Virus record (IMG/VR): IMGVR_UViG_3300045988_101483
Strand: one strand, 5' to 3'
Origin: a virus
DNA length: 41,242 nucleotides
Shown: in pieces, positions 1 through 6,594 of the stretch
How positions within the stretch are numbered: position 1 is the first letter of the stretch
Layout of the letters: each line of letters starts with the position of its first letter
Position numbers and translations under genes: made by a program
Notes under the pieces: model-generated
The model's input: the letters and a program-made list of their open reading frames with translations, nothing else
What the model was told of the DNA's origin: nothing
Database searches by the model: none

Positions 1-55
1 AAGAGTTCAATGAGTACATGCAGGAGGGACATTATCAATACTCGCTGTTCATCAT
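1..55. repeat. Terminal overlap: bases 1-55 are identical to 41188-41242. This is either circular assembly closure or terminal redundancy.
   Basis: Direct comparison of the two window ends; the same 55-nt string aagagttcaatgagtacatgcaggagggacattatcaatactcgctgttcatcat occurs at both. Confidence 0.95.
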
Positions 56-320
56 TCTGCAGCTTGATGAAGCCATGGAATATCTAAAAAAGGCGCAACA
101 AGCCGATGCTGATATGAAAAAGTTTTGGTACCAATGGGCGTACGTTACTTTGACAGATGCCTTAGAGACGGCTGAGTCAGAATATTATGGGGAAACTAGT
201 GCTTATCTTCCCACGAAAGAAACAGATCCGGTAACACGAGCCTACTGCCAAAACACATACGACATTTGGCGAGGATATCTGAAGAAGCTAAATGTGAACT
301 TACCGAAGCAAAAATTTTGA
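18..320 (+). CDS. Hypothetical early protein. This is the 3' part in the linear window; the likely true start is 41163.
   Basis: 100-aa ORF in the plus-strand operon, in frame with 41163..41242. Confidence 0.6.
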   Translation: MQEGHYQYSLFIILQLDEAMEYLKKAQQADADMKKFWYQWAYVTLTDALETAESEYYGETSAYLPTKETDPVTRAYCQNTYDIWRGYLKKLNVNLPKQKF

Positions 321-332
321 GGAGGCAAAAGC

Positions 333-611
333 ATGATTGAGCATGAGGACGAAACTAACAATGCAGGCCAAGATTGGGCACGTGAACGACTTCGCAACTT
401 TCTTGACGATCATCATAGCTTGCCAATATACCGTTTTGCTTTGATTGCTGGTGTTAGTCGCATCACAGTTGCTAGTTTTCTTGGTGGCAAAGAGGTAATG
501 ACGGTAACACTCATGAAAATAGCAAAGGCCATGAATATATCGATCGATAAGCTAAAACAGCCAATTAGCGAGCAAGAATACATCGAGTTGCGTCAGGAGG
601 AAAAAGCATGA
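333..611 (+). CDS. Small HTH DNA-binding protein (XRE-like).
   Basis: GAGGAGG RBS upstream of the ATG. HTH-like segment YRFALIAGVSRITVASFLGGK. Confidence 0.65.
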   Translation: MIEHEDETNNAGQDWARERLRNFLDDHHSLPIYRFALIAGVSRITVASFLGGKEVMTVTLMKIAKAMNISIDKLKQPISEQEYIELRQEEKA

Positions 612-1057
612 CACAAGTAACGGTACGGCTTTACAAACAGGGAGACAAAGTGTGGCGCGATTTCAAGGCTGAATTGCTTAAGCGCTACGAAAATTCAGCA
701 ATGCTAGACATCTCTGAAAGCGAAGCATTCTCAAAAATTGAGAAGCAAGAGTTCAATAACCTGATCGTTGTATCAAAGAAAGCGATTGTCGAGAAACGTG
801 CGGTGTCTGGTATTGATGACAGCGGCATTTTGAAGACTTCAGTAAACAACGGCCTTAAAAAGATTTCAAAAAAGCGAAAAGAAGCCCGTGCCAAATACGC
901 GCGCGGAATTGCAGAAGCGGCCTCACAATGTGACACGCTGATTGACGTTGCAAAACGGATTGGGAAGTCAACAACGTTCGTGAAGCGAGTGGCAGATGAA
1001 TTTGAGATCAAGTTGCCACGCCGTAACAACGGCCATGAAGAGATTGCGAGTCGTTAG
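608..1057 (+). CDS. Hypothetical protein with a C-terminal HTH-like segment.
   Basis: ATGA start/stop overlap with the upstream gene and an AGGAGG RBS. Segment LIDVAKRIGKSTTFVKRVADEF. Confidence 0.6.
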   Translation: MTQVTVRLYKQGDKVWRDFKAELLKRYENSAMLDISESEAFSKIEKQEFNNLIVVSKKAIVEKRAVSGIDDSGILKTSVNNGLKKISKKRKEARAKYARGIAEAASQCDTLIDVAKRIGKSTTFVKRVADEFEIKLPRRNNGHEEIASR

Positions 1058-1059
1058 CC

Positions 1060-1443
1060 ATGGTTATCCGCAAGAGACGCAGAGGCAAGTACAATGCGCA
1101 GCCAGTCGTAATTGATGGCATTCGATTTGCAAGCAAAGCAGAGGGCGCCTATTACATGCTGATACGCAACAAGCCACAGAAGGTAACGATTCAAGAATCG
1201 TTTGAGATTTTGTCGGCATTCAAGATCAATGGAAAACGTTATTCAGCACGCGTATACACACCCGACTACTGCTTCTATGACGGTGATGAGTTGACAAAAG
1301 TTGTTGACGTTAAAGGCGGAGACGCTACATTGACCACCGATGCTAGGCTTCGAATGCTGCTGTTCATGATCAGGTACAAGATACCGGTCACGATTGCTAG
1401 ATATGACTATCACACAGGGCTATTCACGGAAGAGCAGCTTTAA
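1060..1443 (+). CDS. DUF1064-family phage protein.
   Basis: N-terminus RRGKYNAQPVVIDGIRFASKAEGAYY resembles the DUF1064 signature. Tightly coupled to the upstream stop. Confidence 0.6.
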   Translation: MVIRKRRRGKYNAQPVVIDGIRFASKAEGAYYMLIRNKPQKVTIQESFEILSAFKINGKRYSARVYTPDYCFYDGDELTKVVDVKGGDATLTTDARLRMLLFMIRYKIPVTIARYDYHTGLFTEEQL

Positions 1444-1462
1444 AAACTAAGGAGAAAAAATC

Positions 1463-1927
1463 ATGAATAAAAAATTGACATTTACAGTAACCGTTTTAGC
1501 AGGACTTATGTTTGGAGCCGGTGCAACCGCCATTGCCGACAATGTTTGGCAAGGTCACCAGAACATCGTGGAGACCAAAAACAATATCGACAAGCTGACG
1601 GCCAAGATCAACGCTTCACAGTCTAGCTTGTCCGATTTGCAACATCAGTTGTCTGACGCGCAGGCACAGTATGCGGCACTCAAACAGCAATACGACAACG
1701 GTATGGCAAGCAAGGACGCACAGATTCAGCAAAAGATCGTTGAAGGCCAGCAAGCAGTCGCCCAGAAACAGGCGGAGGTCGACGCTAAGCAGCATACAAT
1801 CAATGACCTTACATCACAGTTAGAAGCCGCCAAACAGGCAAACAATGGCTTATCACAGGCAATCAAAGACGCACAGAGCATCAAGGACTATTCCGATCAG
1901 GCTGTGAAGTCAGCAAATGCACATTAG
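1463..1927 (+). CDS. Secreted or membrane-anchored Q/A-rich coiled-coil protein.
   Basis: AAGGAG RBS. Signal-peptide-like N-terminus MNKKLTFTVTVLAGLMFGAGATAIA followed by a heptad-like Q/A/K-rich sequence. Confidence 0.7.
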   Translation: MNKKLTFTVTVLAGLMFGAGATAIADNVWQGHQNIVETKNNIDKLTAKINASQSSLSDLQHQLSDAQAQYAALKQQYDNGMASKDAQIQQKIVEGQQAVAQKQAEVDAKQHTINDLTSQLEAAKQANNGLSQAIKDAQSIKDYSDQAVKSANAH

Positions 1928-1937
1928 GGGGCCAATA

Positions 1938-2798
1938 ATGAGATCGCTTGAACTGTTTGCGGGAATTGGTGGCATCGCATTGGCTGAACAAATGGCTGGC
2001 ATTGAAGTGGCCGGTTTGTGTGAATACGCAGATTATCCGCGCGCGATTTTACAGAAGCACTGGCCAGATGTGCCCTTATTCAAGGATGTGAAGAAGCTTG
2101 ATCGAAAAGAACTCACAAACGCAGGAATCGACCCCGACTCAATTGACATTATTTCCGGAGGCTTCCCTTGCCAGCCTTTCAGCATCGCCGGGCACAGAAA
2201 AGGCACGGAAGATGACCGCGACCTCTGGCCAGAGATGTTTAGAATTATCAAGCAAATCTGGCCAACTTGGGTTGTTGGAGAAAATGTTGCTAACTTCGCA
2301 AATATGGAACTCGACCGCACGCTATCTGACTTGGAAGGCGCGGGCTACCAAGCGCGGTCATTTGTACTTCCAGCTTGTGCCGTCAATGCCCCACACCAGC
2401 GGCTTAGAACATTCATTGTGGCCCACGCCGACAGCAAGCGATACTTTTACCGCGAACCTGAAAAGCAGCCAGCAGAGGATAGGCAGTCGCCATTCAGTAA
2501 CGTTGCCACAAGCGGTGAGAATGTTTTGGCTAACTCCGACGGCAACAGACGGGAAAAGAGCAAGCCAGTTTTCAAGCAAAAGTTTAGCCAAAGGAAAAGT
2601 GAACGGGAACCTAGCACAACAAGTAGCACACCAGCAAAGTGGCAGCCTGAACCCAGCGTGGGTCGAGTGGCTGATGGGGTACCCAATCGGTTGGACAGAA
2701 TAAAAGCATTAGGCAATGCGGTAGTGCCACAGCAAATACTGCCGATATTTAAAGCAATCGTTCAAATTGAGGAGGCCAACCAATGGAGTCAGAAGTAG
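1938..2798 (+). CDS. DNA (cytosine-5)-methyltransferase, short phage type. The ORF track start of 1917 is probably too early.
   Basis: Motifs FAGIGG (I), GGFPCQPFS (IV), ENV (VI), QRLRTFIVA (VIII), and WQPEPSVGRVADGVPNRLDRIKALGNAVVPQ (C-terminal, X). AGGGGG RBS before the ATG at 1938. Confidence 0.9.
   Translation: MRSLELFAGIGGIALAEQMAGIEVAGLCEYADYPRAILQKHWPDVPLFKDVKKLDRKELTNAGIDPDSIDIISGGFPCQPFSIAGHRKGTEDDRDLWPEMFRIIKQIWPTWVVGENVANFANMELDRTLSDLEGAGYQARSFVLPACAVNAPHQRLRTFIVAHADSKRYFYREPEKQPAEDRQSPFSNVATSGENVLANSDGNRREKSKPVFKQKFSQRKSEREPSTTSSTPAKWQPEPSVGRVADGVPNRLDRIKALGNAVVPQQILPIFKAIVQIEEANQWSQK
2098..2703 (+). CDS. Candidate overprinted ORF in the +1 frame, lying entirely inside the C5-methyltransferase gene. 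The frame is open from 2092 to 2703.
   Basis: 204 stop-free codons. Contains WPTPTASD (2419-2442), WLTPTATD (2527-2550) and a C-terminal LNPAWVEWLMGYPIGWTE (2647-2700). The substitutions between the two WxTPTAxD copies are synonymous in this frame. The start is uncertain: TTG at 2098, or ATG at 2212 preceded by GAAAAGG. Confidence 0.45.
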   Translation: MIEKNSQTQESTPTQLTLFPEASLASLSASPGTEKARKMTATSGQRCLELSSKSGQLGLLEKMLLTSQIWNSTARYLTWKARATKRGHLYFQLVPSMPHTSGLEHSLWPTPTASDTFTANLKSSQQRIGSRHSVTLPQAVRMFWLTPTATDGKRASQFSSKSLAKGKVNGNLAQQVAHQQSGSLNPAWVEWLMGYPIGWTE

Positions 2799-2893
2799 AC
2801 GATGTTTATATCAGCAAAGTGACCGGTGAGCCAGTTTACGTGGACATCAAAGGAATTATGTACAAGCTTACGAAAGTAGAGGACGAAAAATGA
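2783..2893 (+). CDS. Small hypothetical protein (36 aa, MESEVDDVYISKVTGEPVYVDIKGIMYKLTKVEDEK).
   Basis: GAGGAGG RBS at 2769-2775, 7 nt before the ATG. ATGA-coupled to the next ORF. Below the ORF-track size cutoff. Confidence 0.5.
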   Translation: MESEVDDVYISKVTGEPVYVDIKGIMYKLTKVEDEK

Positions 2894-2988
2894 GCGAAGC
2901 AATCTATTTTGGGTGGGGGAGTGCATGCGCGATATTCATCATGGTATTCAGTGATTCGGCATGGACAATCGGGAGGAAACAAGTATGA
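2890..2988 (+). CDS. Small hydrophobic peptide (32 aa).
   Basis: ATGA overlaps at both ends (2890 and 2985). Hydrophobic core AIYFGWGSACAIFIMVF. Confidence 0.4.
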   Translation: MSEAIYFGWGSACAIFIMVFSDSAWTIGRKQV

Positions 2989-3740
2989 AAGCAAAGTGCG
3001 AGCTCTACAACGACCACTTTCAGAACTTTAAGCGATACGGTATTCCAAAGGCACAGCTTGTGATTGCTGACATTCCTTACAACATTGGGAACAACGCCTA
3101 CGGGTCAAACCCAACTTGGTATGTTGGCGGGAACGACAAAAATGGCACTAGCAGTAAGGCTGGCAAGACGTTCTTCGATACAGACGTTGATTTCCGCGTT
3201 GCCGAGTTCATGCATTTTTGTAGTCACATGCTAGTCAAGGAACCAAAAGAGCGCGGAAAGGCACCAGCAATGATCGTGTTTTGCGCATTCCAACAGATGC
3301 AGATGGTTATCGAATATGGGAAGAAATACGGGTTCCAACACAGTTTTCCGCTGATATTCATCAAAAACCAGTCGGCACAGGCTCTGAAAGCCAACATGAG
3401 GATCGTGGGGGCTACCGAGTACGCCGTGGTCTTATACCGCGACAAGTTACCGAAGTTCAACAATGATGGGCAGATGGTATTCAACTGGTTCCGGTGGGAT
3501 ACGGACAGTACCTATCCTAAGATTCATCCCACACAGAAGCCTATCCCAGTGCTTAAAAGACTGATCGAGCTGTTCACCGATCAGGGTGACGTTGTGATCG
3601 ATCCGTGTGCTGGTAGTGGATCTACGCTAAGAGCGGCTGCGGAACTAGGCAGATCTTGTTTTGGGTTTGAAATTAAGAAGGATATGTACAGGCTTGCAAA
3701 AGAGAAAATGCTCAGCACCATGTCTTTGGCACTTCTGTAA
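2985..3740 (+). CDS. Beta-class amino DNA methyltransferase (N6-adenine or N4-cytosine, N6_N4_Mtase type).
   Basis: Motif IV-like DIPY, then HPTQKP, then motif I DPCAGSGST. This order is typical of the beta class. GGGAGGA RBS before the ATG at 2985. Confidence 0.85.
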   Translation: MKAKCELYNDHFQNFKRYGIPKAQLVIADIPYNIGNNAYGSNPTWYVGGNDKNGTSSKAGKTFFDTDVDFRVAEFMHFCSHMLVKEPKERGKAPAMIVFCAFQQMQMVIEYGKKYGFQHSFPLIFIKNQSAQALKANMRIVGATEYAVVLYRDKLPKFNNDGQMVFNWFRWDTDSTYPKIHPTQKPIPVLKRLIELFTDQGDVVIDPCAGSGSTLRAAAELGRSCFGFEIKKDMYRLAKEKMLSTMSLALL

Positions 3741-3752
3741 GGAGGACGAAAA

Positions 3753-4265
3753 ATGAGCGAAGAAAAACTGTACGCGGTAAAGAACGATGAAGGATTGCTC
3801 TTATTGTATAGCGAACAAGGCGCTCCGTTATGGCGATTATGGGGAGAAATGTTTGCAGACAAACCAGCCGCTGAAAGAGCAGCCCATGCAGAGAATGGCC
3901 ACGTTGTCACGCTCGTTGAGGAGCCTGAAAAGGTAGTGCTAACCAAGGAACAAGCCGCAATCGTTGACTTTGCAAATGGTTTTTATCTTCCGGCCAGATA
4001 TATTTCTAACAATTCTTCTGGTGAGGATGAAGATCTGCTTATGAACGCTTACGTCAACGGCTACACCGTGGAAAAGGAGAAGAAATACAACGTCAAGGTG
4101 CCACATACGTCTTTATATTACTGGAAAAAGTTAGATGGTGGACTCAGCATTAATGAATTGGTTGCCAATGATAAATATGATGCCCTGAAGTTCACTGAAT
4201 CAGAGATCGAGCATTATGGCTTACAAGACTGCGAAAAAGAAGAGGTGACTGACGATGAGGTATGA
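3753..4265 (+). CDS. Hypothetical early protein.
   Basis: AAGGAGG RBS. 170-aa ORF ending EEVTDDEV within a duplicated 24-bp junction. Confidence 0.65.
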   Translation: MSEEKLYAVKNDEGLLLLYSEQGAPLWRLWGEMFADKPAAERAAHAENGHVVTLVEEPEKVVLTKEQAAIVDFANGFYLPARYISNNSSGEDEDLLMNAYVNGYTVEKEKKYNVKVPHTSLYYWKKLDGGLSINELVANDKYDALKFTESEIEHYGLQDCEKEEVTDDEV

Positions 4266-4413
4266 ATGTCGCAATATGTTTGGTGGTGAAGTAATTGCCA
4301 CATTTAGGACATACGAAAAAGCAGAAGAGTTTATCGACGCATCAGCGGACTACCCAGATTGGTGGACTGTTCCTGCAATGACTATTGTGGAGGTGACTGA
4401 CGATGAGGTATGA
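4255..4413 (+). CDS. Small hypothetical protein (52 aa, MRYECRNMFGGEVIATF...VEVTDDEV).
   Basis: Bounded at both ends by the identical 24-bp junction gaggtgactgacgatgaggtatga. Below the ORF-track cutoff. Confidence 0.5.
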   Translation: MRYECRNMFGGEVIATFRTYEKAEEFIDASADYPDWWTVPAMTIVEVTDDEV

Positions 4414-4780
4414 GACGAAGCGGTACGTGTTCGAGAAATTAGCAGAATGCTACGCCGAGGTTTCTGACGCATATACCAACGAAACAGGAAGCCCATACTA
4501 CTGTGATGATGAGCCAAATTATCTTGATGAATATGCTGCCGCCTTGCCAGATGATCTGCCGGTGATTCCGGAAGCGGTTGGCGAATACATTCAGTGGGGT
4601 AAGTCATACGATATTCAGCTCTACATGATGTACAGCTTCAAATTCATTCACAGTCAAGGGTTCAAAAAACTAACGGATGATGTGGAAAGCTGGATTATCA
4701 GCTCAAGCAACACTTTTGCCCGTGCCTGGCTGCTAGGTGTCTGGCGCGTTGAGGAAACCGGCGAGGTAGTCAAGCTATGA
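4403..4780 (+). CDS. Hypothetical early protein.
   Basis: 125-aa ORF. It starts MRYE inside the second copy of the junction repeat. Confidence 0.65.
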   Translation: MRYETKRYVFEKLAECYAEVSDAYTNETGSPYYCDDEPNYLDEYAAALPDDLPVIPEAVGEYIQWGKSYDIQLYMMYSFKFIHSQGFKKLTDDVESWIISSSNTFARAWLLGVWRVEETGEVVKL

Positions 4781-5061
4781 CGACTAAGAAGAATGCAATG
4801 ACCCAGACGTCAGAGCTGTTTGCGCTCTTGTATACAGATATTGATACAGGCGAAGATCGCTTCGTTACTCGTTCAACGGGTGGGGTTGCCACATATCGAA
4901 CATATGGAATGGCTCATCAAGCGCAAGAATGGCACAAAAAGGGAATGTACCGGCCTTTCAATACCAAAATCGTTAGGTTCTTACGTGATGGCCACCCCAC
5001 CCGCGAAAGCGACTGGTGGGAACAGACAGGAAAAATTGTGAAATTGGAGGCGGAGAAATGA
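4777..5061 (+). CDS. Hypothetical early protein.
   Basis: ATGA overlap with the upstream gene; 94 aa. Confidence 0.6.
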   Translation: MTTKKNAMTQTSELFALLYTDIDTGEDRFVTRSTGGVATYRTYGMAHQAQEWHKKGMYRPFNTKIVRFLRDGHPTRESDWWEQTGKIVKLEAEK

Positions 5062-5109
5062 AACGAGAGATTAAGTTCAGGGAGAATCAGGAGCTATTGG
5101 AGGCACAAC

Positions 5110-5328
5110 ATGAGTAAAAGTAAGGACGTTGACGCTTATCTTCAAGGCGAGCTGTGTGCCAAGGCCGAGCTTGCAACTAAGCTACTACACGACATTGCCT
5201 GGTCTAAATGGACGACTGACGCGATGACTACACGTGTTGACCCAATCTACAAGCAAGCCAGGGAAATAAGCTATTGGCTATTAAGCAGTGACGACTGGTA
5301 CACCGAAAATGAGGACGGAGATGAATGA
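5110..5328 (+). CDS. Small hypothetical protein (72 aa).
   Basis: GGAGG RBS. The ORF overlaps the start of the next HTH gene. Confidence 0.6.
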   Translation: MSKSKDVDAYLQGELCAKAELATKLLHDIAWSKWTTDAMTTRVDPIYKQAREISYWLLSSDDWYTENEDGDE

Positions 5329-5548
5329 TTTGGACAGCAAACGAGCATTGGCCGAAAACCTTAGGAAGAATATATACGATCTGAACATGACACAAGCCAC
5401 ATATGCAAAAGAGATCGGAATACCCATCACCACGCTTCAATATGCAATCTCTGGTAATGGCAGTGTTTCACTCAACACTTTGGACAAAATCGCACAGGGA
5501 GCAGGTCTCGACCCGTGGGAGCTTATTAGGCCTCCTGAAGACAAATAA
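5321..5548 (+). CDS. XRE-family HTH protein.
   Basis: MNDLDSKRALAENLRKNIYDLNMTQATYAKEIGIPITTLQYAISG is a typical XRE HTH. GAGGACGGAG lies before the ATG at 5321. The track start of 5288 is probably too early. Confidence 0.7.
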   Translation: MNDLDSKRALAENLRKNIYDLNMTQATYAKEIGIPITTLQYAISGNGSVSLNTLDKIAQGAGLDPWELIRPPEDK

Positions 5549-5617
5549 AAAAAGCGCACCACTACGGCACGCTTATCCTACAAACCCAGACAAATTATAC
5601 CATAAGGAGTGGACGCA

Positions 5618-6046
5618 GTGGTGCGAGCAACGAGATATTTTAGCCCAATTGATCATGACAAAACAATTGAAAACGCCAAAGAGGTCTTGGGGAACTACTG
5701 GCATCACAAGCGGCTCGCTCAACGCACCAAAATAGCGCTCAGAAGTCCTGTGATGGACGGCATGCCCAAGTCACCTAGCTATGGCAACAATGCCGAGGAA
5801 AAGGTAATATCGCACGCTGACGAGCTGTACTATATAGCGTGCTGTGAAGGTGCTATCGAATCTCTTAACTCAGCGACTCATCGGCTTATACTAACAAGTT
5901 CTTACTTAACCAAACGATATACTGACCAGCAAATAATGGACAAGCTGTTTTTATCAAAAGCCCAGTATTATCGAACAAAACGAGAAGCGTTAATCGCATT
6001 CGCTGAAATTTGTCCATTGGTTGAAATCGAGATGAGACCTTTGTGA
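5618..6046 (+). CDS. arpU: ArpU-family phage transcriptional regulator (late gene activator type).
   Basis: Length and pattern match the family: LGNYWHHKRLA...SPVMDGMPKS...YYRTKREALIAFAE. AAGGAG at 5604-5609. The start is GTG at 5618, or 5609/5621. Confidence 0.7.
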   Translation: MVRATRYFSPIDHDKTIENAKEVLGNYWHHKRLAQRTKIALRSPVMDGMPKSPSYGNNAEEKVISHADELYYIACCEGAIESLNSATHRLILTSSYLTKRYTDQQIMDKLFLSKAQYYRTKREALIAFAEICPLVEIEMRPL

Positions 6047-6053
6047 GACCTTT
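6033..6053 (+). repeat. Tandem direct repeat TGAGACCTTT x2 with 11-bp register, overlapping the arpU stop codon.
   Basis: 6033-6042 and 6044-6053 are identical. Related copies TGAGAAACC (6093-6101) and TGAGACACC (6102-6110) follow. Confidence 0.8.
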
Positions 6054-6145
6054 CAACCGTATTTCCGTCATATGATTGTATTGTGCCAAAGGTGAGAAAC
6101 CTGAGACACCGCGTTTTTCCTCCGAGCCATGGTGATGATAAAGCT

Positions 6146-6209
6146 GTGGCAAGGCGTGGCAAATGGACTGGCTGAGATAGTCAGGCGGGTTCGATTACCG
6201 CATGCCACA
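6146..6209 (+). ncRNA. tRNA-like module 1 (degenerate; not a canonical tRNA).
   Basis: GTGGCA 6146-6151 pairs with TGCCAC 6203-6208. T-arm-like GCGGG-TTCGATT-ACCGC at 6185-6201. Anticodon-arm-like hairpin at 6166-6182. No normal D-arm. Confidence 0.4.
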
Positions 6210-6275
6210 TTGTCCAGTTTAGCGACCGGACTAACAGCTTGCGATGACCCCATCTGACACTGGGAGAGCGAGCAA

Positions 6276-6374
6276 ATCGCTGTGGCGGAGACGCTTAGCA
6301 GGTGACAGCAATGGGTATCAGTTTGCTACTGATAGTGCCCGCGGCCATGTCGGTGCAAATCCCGACCAGCGATA
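6276..6374 (+). ncRNA. tRNA-like module 2 (oversized; not a canonical tRNA).
   Basis: Perfect 7-bp ATCGCTG 6276-6282 / CAGCGAT 6367-6373. GTCGG-TGCAAATC-CCGAC at 6349-6366. Perfect 7-bp hairpin TATCAGT/ACTGATA at 6316-6334. Confidence 0.4.
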
Positions 6375-6508
6375 TACGGCCGATAATTGAGACGTTTTGC
6401 AGCGTCAACAAATTAAACCGCTATGTTAGCGCGACATAGTAAGCCAATCTGTTATGCTAGCAGATTGCAATGATAGGGCAGATGCGGCTCGCCTATCAAT
6501 GAACAGGA

Positions 6509-6590
6509 GCAACCGAAGGCCTAGCGGCTCCATAGGACAACTACCCAAGCGCACGGGCAAGTTTATCGGGTTCGAATCCCGGCGGTTGCA
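6509..6590 (+). ncRNA. tRNA-like module 3 (cloverleaf-like, but without a canonical anticodon loop).
   Basis: Perfect 7-bp GCAACCG 6509-6515 / CGGTTGC 6583-6589. Canonical-looking T-arm TCGGG-TTCGAAT-CCCGG at 6566-6582. D-arm-like CCTA/TAGG at 6520-6536. A at the discriminator position, and no encoded CCA. Confidence 0.45.
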
Positions 6591-6594
6591 TTGA

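Noticed and set aside
685-1029. 114-aa minus-strand ORF antisense to 608-1057.
   Set aside because: It has no RBS. It is embedded in a plus-strand operon gene that has translational coupling on both sides. Its composition is Ser/Phe/Ile-rich.
2033-2716. Three minus-strand ORFs (2033-2320, 2358-2591, 2447-2716) opposite the C5-MTase gene.
   Set aside because: They probably result from the general stop-codon depletion caused by two constrained plus-strand frames. They show no motifs, repeats or RBS. Only the +1 sense frame shows protein-like features.
5549-5580. Possible hairpin AGCGCACC...GGCACGCT after the HTH gene, considered as a terminator.
   Set aside because: The stem has two central mismatches. 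The A-run lies upstream rather than a T-run downstream, so it would only suit the minus strand, where there is no gene.
6146-6590. Considered calling three bona fide tRNA genes at 6146-6209, 6276-6374 and 6509-6590.
   Set aside because: The acceptor and T-arm pairings are good. However, none has a canonical 7-nt anticodon loop with U33 and a purine at 37, a normal D-arm and linker lengths, or a normal overall length (64, 99 and 82 nt). They are reported as tRNA-like modules of a larger RNA instead.
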